DNA of 59,417 nucleotides, the filler included. It is 6 parts of 6 records of this genome, joined end to end, with 100 filler letters (N's around TTAATTAATTAA, not from the genome) between each part and the next. Parts side by side here need not be neighbours in the genome. Positions count along the whole stretch, not along the records: positions 18,247 to 33,195 come from SRR31147125_5756; positions 33,296 to 41,664 come from SRR31147125_5763; positions 41,765 to 52,372 come from SRR31147125_5806; 3 more parts are not named here. The stretch is one strand, 5' to 3'. The position numbers and the translations under genes were made by a program. Of this stretch, positions 31,042 to 41,765 are shown in pieces (the stretch's first letter is position 1; each line of letters starts with the position of its first letter). The notes under the pieces were generated by a model. The model did not search any database and was not told the origin of the DNA. It saw only the letters and a program-made list of their open reading frames with translations.

Positions 31042-31733
31042 TCATTTAAGCAACAGATAAATACCGGCGACAAAAACCAGGAAACCGCAAACACGTTTAA
31101 TCCAGATGACCGCTTTATTTTCTTCTGTCCAGTGTAGATAGGATTGCACTTTTTGAGTCAATGTACCGGCTAAAATAATTACACCACAATGCCCGGCAGC
31201 AAAAGCACTTAAAAGTACAATGGAGCCCATATAATCATATTGAGCCCGGGTAAAAACAAGTCCTAATACTGGCGCAATAAAGGCAAAGGTGCACGGGCCG
31301 AGTGCGATCCCGAAAAGGATGCCAAGCAGTAATGCTGCCCACACTCCTTTTTTTGTGTGGTTTTTGATCCAAACGACCAGTTCAGGGGAATCAGATCCAT
31401 GAGATAGAGACCAAAAACAAAAAACACAACCGCGACCAGTCCATTACCAATCCGACCAAGATCTCCCATGAGACGACCAACTGAAGCCGTAATAAGTCCT
31501 ATCAACGCGATAGACACCAGAATTCCCATTGAAAAAACAAACGACAGCTGAAAAGCCCGTTTTACTGTTTTCTTTTCCTGGCTGGTTATAAATCCGATTA
31601 CCAGTGGAATACTGGAAAGATGACACGGGCTGAGAATGATACTTAAAATCCCCCAGGAAAAAGAACCGATCACGGCTATCCAGAATGATTCTGTCAAAGC
31701 TTTGCTTAGCGCTACAAATAATCCTTCAATCAT
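31042..31733 (-). CDS. ccdA: CcdA/DsbD-type transmembrane electron transporter, frameshifted at the T7 run 31348-31354
   Basis: LSPCHLSSIP in the 5' ORF and GPCTFAF in the 3' ORF; adding one A joins the frames (QKKGVWAA). Confidence 0.8.
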
Positions 31734-31748
31734 ATCTTTTCCATCGTT

Positions 31749-32189
31749 TTAGGATTTCTTTTTCAAACCTTTACCTATCAGCAATTTTTCTATTTCTTCC
31801 TGAGCATAAAATCCTTCATGTCGAAAAAATTCCTGACCGTTTTCATCCAAAAACACCTGGGTTGGAATGAGTTTGATATCGTATTTTTTTGCCGGAGCAT
31901 TGTCTTTCCAGACATCATAAAAGACAACTTTGATCTGATCGCCAAATTCCTTTTCAATGGCCTCCATCACCGGCTGCATGGCCTTGCACGGAATACACTT
32001 TACTGAACCCAGTTCAACAAAGGTGACTTTTGGTTTTGTCTTATTCTCTGCCTTTTGCGCGGCTGGCTCTTTTTTTGTTTGGTTCTCCTTCGCATCTGTC
32101 TGACAGCCATTAAAAACAAGAACCAGACTCAATAGGGATAAAAACAGTTTTGATTTCATTTTTTTCTCCATAAATAACGGTGTTTTCAT
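31749..32189 (-). CDS. Thioredoxin-family lipoprotein
   Basis: Lipobox VFNGC; ELGSVKCIPC; IPTQVF. Confidence 0.8.
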   Translation of the reverse strand: MKTPLFMEKKMKSKLFLSLLSLVLVFNGCQTDAKENQTKKEPAAQKAENKTKPKVTFVELGSVKCIPCKAMQPVMEAIEKEFGDQIKVVFYDVWKDNAPAKKYDIKLIPTQVFLDENGQEFFRHEGFYAQEEIEKLLIGKGLKKKS

Positions 32190-32293
32190 ATAAATAAATT
32201 GTCACTCTAATGATCTCTGCAAGCCACTATCGCTACATTCATTTATAGCATAAATGATTTCCGATAATTATTTATTACCACTCTTGCAAAACC

Positions 32294-32542
32294 CTATTGA
32301 ATCCAGGCTAAAATATCTTCTGCCTTTGGAAGTTTGCCGGCACTTTTCACGTCGCCATTCACAACCAGGCTGGGTGTCATCATGACGCCATAACTCATAA
32401 TTTGATCGATTTCTGTGACTTTTTCAACGTTGATTGCTATTTGATTATCTTCAGCCACGTTTTTAACACTTTCTGCCAGGGCCTGGCATTTCGGACAACC
32501 GGTGCCTAATACTTTGATATCCACTGTTTTATTCTGTTCCAT
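32294..32542 (-). CDS. Small redox-active disulfide protein (MTH895/ArsE, Thioredoxin_3)
   Basis: IKVLGTGCPKC...YGVMMTP. Confidence 0.88.
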   Translation of the reverse strand: MEQNKTVDIKVLGTGCPKCQALAESVKNVAEDNQIAINVEKVTEIDQIMSYGVMMTPSLVVNGDVKSAGKLPKAEDILAWIQ

Positions 32543-32627
32543 GTTACATCTCCTTATAAATAAACTTGTTAATCAAACCATATCAGTGGGATAGGATACC
32601 CACGAATTCATTTTCATTTTATCTTTT

Positions 32628-33122
32628 TTAGATTGGTATTTCACCAAGAACAAGTTCTCTTAGTTTCTTTTTATGTGGGACTTTGCCGGAGCATATCACC
32701 TTATCATTTAAAATCATCGCCGGAACAGCAACCAGGCCAAATTCGGCAATTTTATTAGGATCACGAACATGCTCAACATCAGCAGCGATATTCATTTCAG
32801 TGAGTATCTCAAGTAAATCCTTCATTAATCTATCACAGGAAGAGCAGCCAGGTCCCAAAACTCTAAAAACAAGGGATGAGTGTTCCTCCTTTCCTACATC
32901 GATTCCTGACCATTTTTGATATGCCCGCCACAGAGCTGCGCCATACTCTATTTCCGATTTTTGGACGATATAGTTTTGCTTTTTGACCTGACGCAAAATT
33001 TCCTGCTGACACTTTAGGTCATCTGAAAAATTTAATTGTTTTACACTTTTAAAAACATCCGCAAGTCCGATCAATCCGACGCTCTTTCCCAGGATGTCAA
33101 TTTTTGTAATTTCTGTGTTCAT
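32628..33122 (-). CDS. Thioredoxin_3 family protein with N-terminal extension
   Basis: VLGPGCSSC...FGLVAVPAMILN. Confidence 0.75.
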   Translation of the reverse strand: MNTEITKIDILGKSVGLIGLADVFKSVKQLNFSDDLKCQQEILRQVKKQNYIVQKSEIEYGAALWRAYQKWSGIDVGKEEHSSLVFRVLGPGCSSCDRLMKDLLEILTEMNIAADVEHVRDPNKIAEFGLVAVPAMILNDKVICSGKVPHKKKLRELVLGEIPI

Positions 33123-33195
33123 GTCATTAAATATTTTTCAAATTCGGTAAAAATATTTAAAATTATGGTAGCGTATAATTAACTGTTGCTATTTT

Positions 33196-33295
33196 NNNNN
33201 NNNNNNNNNNNNNNNNNNNNNNNNNNNNNNNNNNNNNNNTTAATTAATTAANNNNNNNNNNNNNNNNNNNNNNNNNNNNNNNNNNNNNNNNNNNN
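33196..33295. other. Artificial contig linker
   Basis: N44-TTAATTAATTAA-N44. Confidence 0.98.
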
Positions 33296-33711
33296 TTTTT
33301 ATCCCACTGTGCGTAATGTCGGTGGATAATAATAACATACAGCCTAATCTGAAAAAGCAAAATTGTCTCTTTATCTATAATATCATTATTTTTTATGATA
33401 TTTAATTTAACTTATTAGTTATCTTAAATCGGTGTAGTATCTAAATATGCTAAGCATAAAGAAAATATTGCATATCATTATAGTAGCTAATAATAAAAGT
33501 TATAATTTGAAGAAAGCACCTGTATTTTAATTATGGGTGTTTTCTTTATTTTTGTTAAAAAACCTGATACAATTTTATGAGTTTAACGCTTTGTATTTAG
33601 CCATACGTTGTTTAAGCATATTTTATGTAAAATTTATTTACAAAAACTGCTTTTTTTCATTGTTTCTCTGCACGATATATGTTATATTATATAGACTGCG
33701 ATTAAGATAAT

Positions 33712-33839
33712 ATATCCACAGCTGTGGATAAAGCTGTTGAAAAAATCAGTTTTGCTATTTTTTTCGCTAAATAGGGGTTTTTTAGTTTTTATTGTGGATA
33801 AATCACTCTATTTTGTAGGTTTTAAAATTTTTATCCACA
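33712..33839. promoter_or_regulatory. DnaA-box cluster upstream of dnaA (oriC part 1 / dnaA autoregulation)
   Basis: ATATCCACA 33712-33720, TGTGGATAA 33723-33731 and 33793-33801, TTATCCACA 33831-33839. Confidence 0.88.
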
Positions 33840-33857
33840 ATATATGGAGGGTAACTG

Positions 33858-35210
33858 GTGAATATTTTTTTGTTGTGGGAAAATGCTATTGATGAGCTTA
33901 AAATGAAGACGGAATTTTTAGGATATGACACTTGGATTAAAGAGATGAAACCTGTGAAATTTATTGATAATTCATTTTATTTTGAAACCGCAAGTGAGGT
34001 CCACAAAAAAATTATTACCGAACGTTATTTAAGCTTAATAAAAAATTGCTTGAGTAACTCTGCAAAAAACTTAAATTTTGATTTACGCGATAATTTTGAA
34101 GTTTTGGTTATGACTAATGATGAACTATCCATTTTAAGTGATAAACCAGAAAAAAAAGTAATAGCAAAAAATATAAAACTAAACTCTTATTATTCTTTTG
34201 AAAACTTTGTTGTAGGAAACAGTAATAAATTTGCTCACGCAGCCAGTGTAGCTGTTGCTGAAGCTCCAGGTCTTACATATAATCCACTTTTTATATATGG
34301 TGGCGTAGGTCTTGGAAAAACACACCTTATGCAGGCAACTGCTAATTATGTAAAAAACACAATTTCTGGTGCTAATATAGTTTACGTTACCAGTGAATCA
34401 TTTATGAACGAACTTATTTCATCTATCCAAACAAATAAAAATAACGAATTTAGAGACAAATACAGAAACGTCGATCTTTTATTAGTCGATGATATTCAAT
34501 TTATTGCTGGAAGAGAAAGTACTCAGGAAGAATTTTTCCATACTTTTAATGCTCTTTATGAATCTAACAAGCAGATTATTATTTCATCTGATAAACCACC
34601 TCAGGATATTCCTGATTTAGAAGAAAGACTTAGTTCAAGATTCCAATGGGGATTATTAGCAGACATTCAGCCACCAGATTATGAAACAAGACTTGCTATT
34701 TTACAAAAAAAATATAACAACTTAAGAACAAAAGATCATTTCAATTTAAACATAGATGAAGAAATTTTAAGTTTTATTGCTGAAAAATCCTTAACAAATA
34801 TAAGACAGCTTGAAGGCGCTCTTCAAAAGATATTAGCATATTCTAGACTTAATAAAACAACTATCGATATTGTTACTGCAGAAAAGGCTTTAAAAGATTT
34901 CTTTAAATCCGATGTTAAAATAATATATCCTAAAAATATCATCGATGTTGTCTGTAGTTATTATAATATTACCGTTGAACAAATTAAATCTAAAGGAAGA
35001 TCAAGAGACATCTCTTACCCAAGGCAAATTTCTATGTATATAATGCGAGAAATCACTGATTTATCTTTGCCAAAGATCGGTTCTGTTTTTGGTGGAAGAG
35101 ATCATACTACTGTTATTCATGCTTGTGATAAAATTGCTAAAGACATAGAAAAAGATTATGACTTTAAAAATACAGTAAATGATCTTATAAGCAGGATAAA
35201 GAACAATTGA
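33858..35210 (+). CDS. dnaA: Chromosomal replication initiator
   Basis: YNPLFIYGGVGLGKTHL, DDIQF, GGRDHTTV. Confidence 0.97.
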   Translation: MNIFLLWENAIDELKMKTEFLGYDTWIKEMKPVKFIDNSFYFETASEVHKKIITERYLSLIKNCLSNSAKNLNFDLRDNFEVLVMTNDELSILSDKPEKKVIAKNIKLNSYYSFENFVVGNSNKFAHAASVAVAEAPGLTYNPLFIYGGVGLGKTHLMQATANYVKNTISGANIVYVTSESFMNELISSIQTNKNNEFRDKYRNVDLLLVDDIQFIAGRESTQEEFFHTFNALYESNKQIIISSDKPPQDIPDLEERLSSRFQWGLLADIQPPDYETRLAILQKKYNNLRTKDHFNLNIDEEILSFIAEKSLTNIRQLEGALQKILAYSRLNKTTIDIVTAEKALKDFFKSDVKIIYPKNIIDVVCSYYNITVEQIKSKGRSRDISYPRQISMYIMREITDLSLPKIGSVFGGRDHTTVIHACDKIAKDIEKDYDFKNTVNDLISRIKNN

Positions 35211-35495
35211 TAAACTGTTGATAATGTATGTTTTTTTGTTAATAAACTATTTATAAGCTCTTTATAAACTTGGTATAACTTTAAAAGTTATTTTTACAAA
35301 AAAATATAAAATACGACTTATTAATATAATATAAACATGATATATATATATTCTGCATACAATATCAACATTTTTTATATCGATATTATGTTGTTATATA
35401 GGCGTAAAATGTGTTTTTCCACATTATCAACACCCCCTACTACTATTACTGCTACTTAAATAATATATATATTTATATAATTAAAGGAGAAACTT
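35211..35495. other. oriC: oriC unwinding region between dnaA and dnaN
   Basis: DnaA boxes TTTTCCACA 35415-35423 and TTATCAACA 35424-35432, C5 spacer, DnaA-trios TAC TAC TAT TAC TGC TAC 35438-35455, then an AT-only tract. Confidence 0.88.
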
Positions 35496-36599
35496 ATGGG
35501 ACTACATTTTAAATGTGAAAAAGACGAAATTTTAAAAGCACTTAGTATAGTTGATAAAGCAGTTGGCCAAAAAAATGTCAACCCTGTACTTGAAGGAATA
35601 TATATAGATGTAAAGTCTGATATTATTGAATTTAAAACTACTAATTTAACTTTGTCTATTCAAACTAGTATAAAAGGTGAAATAGTAGAAAAAGGAACTG
35701 TTGTTGTTACCTCAAGAGTTTTTCATGATATTATTTCAAAATATTCTGATGGTGTTGTAGATTTTAAAGCTGATGATGATAAAATAGAAATTTCTAATCA
35801 ATATTCTAAAACATTATTGAATACAATGAATCATTTGGATTTTCCTAAGTTACCTGTTGTAGAAGACAACAACGTTATACATATTGAGCAGAACCTTTTA
35901 AAAGATATTATTAGCACCACAATTTTTTCTGCTTCTACAAATGAATCTAGCGGAATATTAACAGGTATTCTTTTTGAAATTGAAAACAAGGTTTTAAATG
36001 TAGTTTCTTTAGATGCATATAGGCTTGCTTTTAGAAAGATTAAACTAGATAATGAAGTTAATGATTGTAGTGCTGTTATTCCTGCTTCTTCGCTTAAAGA
36101 GATACATAAGATATTAAAAGATAGCGATGAGATGGTTAAAATATATATATCAGAAAATATGTGTCATATAGATGCTGGACATTCTCAGATTTATACTAGG
36201 CTTTTGACAGGCAACTTTATAAAGTATAAATCTATATTCCCAGATAGTTATAGCACAAAGATAACATTAAATACTGATGATATCTTAAGCAGTGTTGAAA
36301 GAGCATCTATACTTGCAAGATCCGAGAATGAAAAAGTTGTTAAATTTAATATAGATGATAAAACACTTTTAATAACATCTGCAAGTGAAAATGGAAGAGC
36401 TAATGAAATTGTTGATATATATTTTCAGGGAAAGAATATTGATATAAATTTTAACTCAAGATATTTGATAGATGTTTTTAGAGTTTTAGATGAAAAAGAA
36501 ATTGTTATGGAGTTTAATACTAACGTTAATCCTTGTATTATTAAATCGGAAAGAGATGATAGTTTTTTATATCTTGTTCTTCCTGTTCATCCAGACTAA
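35496..36599 (+). CDS. dnaN: DNA polymerase III beta clamp
   Basis: Follows dnaA; LDAYRLA, FNSRYLID, YLVLPV. Confidence 0.95.
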   Translation: MGLHFKCEKDEILKALSIVDKAVGQKNVNPVLEGIYIDVKSDIIEFKTTNLTLSIQTSIKGEIVEKGTVVVTSRVFHDIISKYSDGVVDFKADDDKIEISNQYSKTLLNTMNHLDFPKLPVVEDNNVIHIEQNLLKDIISTTIFSASTNESSGILTGILFEIENKVLNVVSLDAYRLAFRKIKLDNEVNDCSAVIPASSLKEIHKILKDSDEMVKIYISENMCHIDAGHSQIYTRLLTGNFIKYKSIFPDSYSTKITLNTDDILSSVERASILARSENEKVVKFNIDDKTLLITSASENGRANEIVDIYFQGKNIDINFNSRYLIDVFRVLDEKEIVMEFNTNVNPCIIKSERDDSFLYLVLPVHPD

Positions 36600-36794
36600 A
36601 ATAAATAAGTATAGTTTATAAAAATAAGATATTCACATTTTTGTTTTAATGATGTGAATATTTTTATTTTTTATTGATTTTTATATGATAATAAGTTTAT
36701 TATATAAAGGTATTATTTTGTATAATATTTATATTAAGGAATTAAAAATTTAAAATATATATATGTATGGTTAAAAAGAAAGGGTGATAAAAAT

Positions 36795-37697
36795 ATGATT
36801 AAAGATACTATTAATAGCATTCAAGAGGATACAATGAGTTTTTATGAAATTTTTGTTGATAAGTTGGATGATATTGTTTTGGCTTTAATACAAATTGTTT
36901 TAATAATTATATTTGCTAAGATTATTATTGCTGTATTAAACAAAATTATTAAAAACGTTATTTTTAATAATAAAATAGCCAATAGTTTGGATAAAATAGA
37001 TAAAAAGAAGGTTGTAAAAAATCTATCAGCACAAAAAAAGAATTCTATTATATCTTTATTAAAAAGTGTTATAAGTTTTGTTGTTTGGTTTATAGCAATT
37101 GCTACGATACTAGAAAAATTAAACCTTGGTGTTTCTGTTAGCAGTATGCTTGCTACAGCCGGTGTTGGTGGTATTGCTATTGCTTTTGGAGCGCAAGACC
37201 TTGTAAAAGATGTTGTAGCTGGAGGATTTTTGTTTATAGAAAGCCAATATGAGATTGGTGAGTTTATAGAAATTGCTGGTGTTAAAGGTACAGTTGAAGC
37301 TATTAATATGAGAAACACAAATATTAGAGCTTATACAGGGGAATATATAACTGTTCCAAATGGTAGTATCGATACGGTTACTAATTTTTCTCGTGGATAT
37401 AATTTAGTTGTTCTTGATATTGGTATAGCATATGAGGAAGATATTGATGCTGCTGTGAAGTCTATTTTGGGTACTGCAAGCGAATACAAGAATAATAATG
37501 ATATCGTTACAGGTGATCCTGAATATGCTGGAGTCGTTAATTTAGGAGATAGTGATGTTGTTTTAAGAGTTACGATGAAGGTTAAAGCAGGCCATAGATG
37601 GAATGTAGAACGCGAATTAAGACAACTTGTTAAAACTAATTTTGATAATCAAGGAATCGAGATTCCTTACCCAAGAAGAGTGATAATTAATGGATAA
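36795..37697 (+). CDS. mscS: Small-conductance mechanosensitive channel
   Basis: AGVGGIAIAFGAQDLVKD, VPNGSI, GIEIPYP. Confidence 0.88.
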   Translation: MIKDTINSIQEDTMSFYEIFVDKLDDIVLALIQIVLIIIFAKIIIAVLNKIIKNVIFNNKIANSLDKIDKKKVVKNLSAQKKNSIISLLKSVISFVVWFIAIATILEKLNLGVSVSSMLATAGVGGIAIAFGAQDLVKDVVAGGFLFIESQYEIGEFIEIAGVKGTVEAINMRNTNIRAYTGEYITVPNGSIDTVTNFSRGYNLVVLDIGIAYEEDIDAAVKSILGTASEYKNNNDIVTGDPEYAGVVNLGDSDVVLRVTMKVKAGHRWNVERELRQLVKTNFDNQGIEIPYPRRVIING

Positions 37698-37878
37698 TAG
37701 GGTAAAATATGATATTGGTGACATTGTAGTAATGAAAAAAGCTCATCCCTGCGGTAGTAACAGATGGGAAATTATCCGTGTAGGTATGGATATAAAAATT
37801 AAATGCTTGGAGTGTAAAAGAATTGTTATGCTTCCTTATAGTAAATTTATAAAAGGTGTAAAGAGGATTGATAATTGA
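37690..37878 (+). CDS. DUF951 (YyzM-like) protein
   Basis: GDIVVMKKAHPCGSNRWEIIRVGMDIKIKC. Confidence 0.9.
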   Translation: MDNRVKYDIGDIVVMKKAHPCGSNRWEIIRVGMDIKIKCLECKRIVMLPYSKFIKGVKRIDN

Positions 37879-38474
37879 ATAAATCTAAAGGAAAATTTGT
37901 ACCACAAAAGATTTCTAGAAAAAATAATAAAAAAGAAACCAACGAATTTTTAAGTTGGGTTTTATCTCTTTTAATAGCAGTTACTATAGCTGTTTCGCTT
38001 AGAGTTTTTGTATTTGATTTTGTAATAGTCGAAGGGGATTCTATGAATCCTACTTTAATATCTGGTGAAATTATGTTTGTTGAAAAGATAAGCTACAGAT
38101 TTAAAGAGCCAGAAAAAGGCGATATAATTGTAACAAAGTATAGTAATTTAAATAGTTTTGAAGATCATTCTTTATTTGATAGTAAAATAAAAAACTATGT
38201 TAAGAGAGTTATTGCAAATTCATCTGATAGTATAAAAATTGAATCTGGTTTGGTTTATGTAAATAATAATCAATTAATTGAGCCATATATAAAAGAAGAG
38301 ATGACAGATAATATGGAAGAATTAACTATAGAAGAAAATCATGTTTTTGTTATGGGGGATAATAGAAACAACTCTATGGATTCTCGGAGTGTTGGTACGC
38401 TTGATTTGGATTTAGTTAGAGGAAAAGCTGTATTTAGAGTTTTGCCATTAAAAAAGTTTGGTAAACTTAATTAA
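37875..38474 (+). CDS. lepB: Signal peptidase I
   Basis: GDSMNPTL, YVKRVIA, GDNRNNSMDSR. Confidence 0.92.
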   Translation: MNKSKGKFVPQKISRKNNKKETNEFLSWVLSLLIAVTIAVSLRVFVFDFVIVEGDSMNPTLISGEIMFVEKISYRFKEPEKGDIIVTKYSNLNSFEDHSLFDSKIKNYVKRVIANSSDSIKIESGLVYVNNNQLIEPYIKEEMTDNMEELTIEENHVFVMGDNRNNSMDSRSVGTLDLDLVRGKAVFRVLPLKKFGKLN

Positions 38475-38506
38475 AAGATAGATATATATAAAGGGGTGAA
38501 AATGAT

Positions 38507-39439
38507 ATGAAAAGAAAAGTTATTTTATTACTGGTGATGTTTTGTTTTACTTTTACTGGTTGTAATAAATTAGTTAATTCTGCTATGTCATTAAAAGAAA
38601 AAGATCAGCAACAAGAGCAGACAGTTGTTGAAAAACAACAGCAAGAGGATTTGGAAAATCAAAACAATACAGATGAGCCAATCAGCAAAAATATGGAACA
38701 ACAAGAGGATTCGGAAGAGGATGTGATTCCAACACAGACACCTACGCCAGAGCCTGTAAAAAACAATAATCAAATTGTAACAGATAAAGATGATTTTGAA
38801 GTTAGTGTTGAAACATTTGATATTATCAAAAACACATTAGAAAATACAAATACTTTTTATGAAGCTATTGGGTTTGATAGTGATAATAATATAGTGATTA
38901 GATATGCAACAGCTGTTGTTTATTCGAATATGACAGATGAAAATTTGGATAATGATAGTATGAGAGTTACAATTGAAGCTTTTGACGTCGATGATAATCT
39001 TCTTTGGAAAGAGGATCAGGAATTTAATAATTTTGAGATCACTGAACTTGGAGATTTTTCTGTTTTAATGATTGATAAAAAAGGTAATTTAATCATCGAA
39101 AATATTTCATATAAAACAGGCAGTACTCTTAGATGTTTAAACTATAAAACTGGAAATGTAAATTGGGCAAATAGTGGATTTAGTGTTTCTATTGCTTGTG
39201 ATAACGACGGTAATTATTATTATGTAACTTATTACGGCAGTGAGATTATTTGTTTAGATAGCAATGGAAATGAAAAATGGACTGTTGATTATTTTAAAGG
39301 AAGCGAATATTTTTGGCCGTCAATTTCGATAAAAGATGACAAAATAATTATTGATTGTAGCGAACCTACAAACAATGGCGAAAAAAATGTTCAATTAGAA
39401 TATGATAAAGATGGTGCTTTCATTCAAAAATTGGACTAG
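38507..39439 (+). CDS. Lipoprotein with acidic linker and beta-propeller-like (PQQ-like) region
   Basis: Lipobox FTGC; Q/E-rich linker; LNYKTGNVNW and LDSNGNEKW repeats. Confidence 0.55.
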   Translation: MKRKVILLLVMFCFTFTGCNKLVNSAMSLKEKDQQQEQTVVEKQQQEDLENQNNTDEPISKNMEQQEDSEEDVIPTQTPTPEPVKNNNQIVTDKDDFEVSVETFDIIKNTLENTNTFYEAIGFDSDNNIVIRYATAVVYSNMTDENLDNDSMRVTIEAFDVDDNLLWKEDQEFNNFEITELGDFSVLMIDKKGNLIIENISYKTGSTLRCLNYKTGNVNWANSGFSVSIACDNDGNYYYVTYYGSEIICLDSNGNEKWTVDYFKGSEYFWPSISIKDDKIIIDCSEPTNNGEKNVQLEYDKDGAFIQKLD

Positions 39440-39578
39440 CTATTGAAACATTAAAAATACATATTTGAAACTTCATATTATAAACAAAATATAGTATGGA
39501 GTTTTTTATTAAAAATGGTAGACTAAAATTTGATTTTTGAAATATAATAGGTTTATCATAAGGTTATGAGGTAAATTT

Positions 39579-40252
39579 ATGGTTAATAAATTTAGTATTT
39601 TTGATGTAGTAGGTCCTGTTATGGTAGGTCCATCTAGCTCTCATACAGCAGGTGCTGTAAAAATTGCATATATTGCAAGGAGTATATTTGGACAAAAACC
39701 AGAAAAGGTTGTGTTTTATTTACATGGTTCTTTTGCAAAAACATATAAGGGTCATGGAACTGACAGGGCACTTGTTGGTGGAACTTTGTTATTTGCTCCT
39801 GATAGTGAAAAAATAAAAAATTCTTTTGAGATAGCAAAACAAAACAACATAGAATTTGAATTTATAAAATCCGATTTGGGTGATGTTCATCCAAATACTG
39901 TTATGATTGAGTTTTTTACAAAGAAAGAAAAAAACAAATTGTAGGTTGTTCTATAGGTGGCGGTAAAGTTATGATTACAAAAATAAATACCACCGAAGTA
40001 GAGCTTACTTGCGAATATGCAACATTAATAACTAAGCATAATGATAAACCTGGTGCTATTGCAAAGATATCTACTATTCTTTCTAAGCATGGAATAAATA
40101 TTGCTTTTATGAAAGTTTTTAGAAATGCAAAAGGGAAAAAAGCGATGCTTATTGTTGAGATTGATGGTTATTTTGATAAGCAGATTATGGATAAGATAAG
40201 ATCTTTAGAAATAATTGAAACGGCTGAATTTATTGATAGTTTAAAACTATAG
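39579..40252 (+). CDS. sdaAB: L-serine dehydratase beta subunit with ACT domain, frameshifted at the A7 run 39928-39934
   Basis: GPVMVGPSSSHTAGA; shifted frame continues KQIVGCSIGGG into ORF 39971 (HNDKPGAI). Confidence 0.88.
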
Positions 40253-40294
40253 TAATAAATAAGTTAGTTTTTAGAATATTTTTTAGAAGGGTTA

Positions 40295-41182
40295 ATGATT
40301 TTTATGGTAAATATGGATAGCTTGGATATAATAGAATCCTGCAAAAAAAATAAGATGACGCTTTTTGAATATGCTATAGATATAGAAGAGAAAAATAGCG
40401 AAATGAGTAGAAAAGATATTTATGAAAAGATGAGATCCAGCTTTTTACTTATGAAGAAAAGTGTAAATGAGGGATTAAAAGATACTGGAAATCATTTAAA
40501 ACCTAAAATGTTTGATGACGATGGAAAAAATCTTTTTGGATATGCAAAAAATCATAAACCAGTTAGTGGCGATATTATGGCAAAAGCAGTATCTTATGCT
40601 CTTTCTGTTATGGAAGTAAATTGCTCTATGGGTAAAATTGTTGCGTGTCCTACTGCTGGGTCATGTGGTGTTGTCCCTGCTGCTCTTTTAATTGTTCAAC
40701 AGCAAAGGGATTTTTCTGATGATAAAATAGTGGAAGGACTTTTTGTCATAGGACTCATTGGACAAATAATTGCAAAAAATGCATCGCTTTCTGGTGCTAG
40801 CGGAGGATGTCAGGCAGAGATAGGAAGTGCTGCTGCTATGGCTGCTGGGGCAGTTGCTTATTTATGTGGTGCTGATAATAAAATGGTTTTTGATGCGGCG
40901 GCTATTGCACTTAATAACCTTATGGGTTTGGTTTGTGATCCTGTTGCTGGGCTCGTAGAAGTCCCTTGTGCTAAGCGTAATGGTATTGGTGTTGCTAATG
41001 CTCTTATATGTGCTGATATGGTACTAGCTGGACTTACAAGCGTTATCCCTTTTGATGAAGTTGTTTGGGCTATGGATAAAGTAGGAAAGTATATGCATAC
41101 CGATTTAAAAGAAACAGCAGCAGGTGGTATTGCTGCTACACCTACTGCTAAGAAAATTAAATCTAAAATATATAATGAATAA
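40295..41182 (+). CDS. sdaAA: L-serine dehydratase alpha subunit (Fe-S)
   Basis: PTAGSCG, GGCQAEIG, GLVCDPVAGLVEVPC. Confidence 0.94.
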   Translation: MIFMVNMDSLDIIESCKKNKMTLFEYAIDIEEKNSEMSRKDIYEKMRSSFLLMKKSVNEGLKDTGNHLKPKMFDDDGKNLFGYAKNHKPVSGDIMAKAVSYALSVMEVNCSMGKIVACPTAGSCGVVPAALLIVQQQRDFSDDKIVEGLFVIGLIGQIIAKNASLSGASGGCQAEIGSAAAMAAGAVAYLCGADNKMVFDAAAIALNNLMGLVCDPVAGLVEVPCAKRNGIGVANALICADMVLAGLTSVIPFDEVVWAMDKVGKYMHTDLKETAAGGIAATPTAKKIKSKIYNE

Positions 41183-41232
41183 ATGTATGAATTTCTCTCT
41201 ACTTTATTCTTTCTAATAGTGTATCAAGAAAA

Positions 41233-41664
41233 CTACATTTTTTCTGGTGTTTGAACACCGATTAGATATAAACCCGTTTTTATTATGTTCTTTGCACTAT
41301 CTGCTACCATAAGTCTTGCTTTAGATTTTGCTCTGTCTTCGTCGATAATCTTGTGTTCAAAATAGAATTTATTAAAAGCTTTTGCAACATCTAAAACACT
41401 TCTTGTTACAAGGTGTGGTTCATTTTTATCCAATGCAGATTTAACCGCTTCTGGGAATTTACTTATCTCTTTCGAAACTTTAAAAGCTTCATCGTTATCC
41501 AGAGCAGAATAGTCTGCGGTTTCATCCATAATATCACCAGCTCTGTTTATGAGTGAATTACATCTTACATAAGTATATTGAGTATATGGTCCAGTTTCTC
41601 CTTCAAAGTTTAAAACTCTATCAAATGAAAAAGTTACATCTTTAATTCTTCCTTGAGAAAGAAC
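41233..41664 (-). CDS. argS: Arginyl-tRNA synthetase, C-terminal fragment
   Basis: LNFEGETGPYTQYTYVR, FNKFY, GVQTPEKM. Confidence 0.9.
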   Translation of the reverse strand, partial: VLSQGRIKDVTFSFDRVLNFEGETGPYTQYTYVRCNSLINRAGDIMDETADYSALDNDEAFKVSKEISKFPEAVKSALDKNEPHLVTRSVLDVAKAFNKFYFEHKIIDEDRAKSKARLMVADSAKNIIKTGLYLIGVQTPEKM

Positions 41665-41764
41665 NNNNNNNNNNNNNNNNNNNNNNNNNNNNNNNNNNNN
41701 NNNNNNNNTTAATTAATTAANNNNNNNNNNNNNNNNNNNNNNNNNNNNNNNNNNNNNNNNNNNN
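41665..41764. other. Artificial contig linker
   Basis: N44-TTAATTAATTAA-N44. Confidence 0.98.
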
Positions 41765-41765
41765 T

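Noticed and set aside
31749-33122. Selenocysteine recoding in the redox genes
   Set aside because: All CxxC motifs use Cys codons and no in-frame TGA is needed
39928-39934. Programmed ribosomal frameshift in sdaAB
   Set aside because: Same homopolymer pattern as other split genes in unrelated contigs; no stimulatory structure seen
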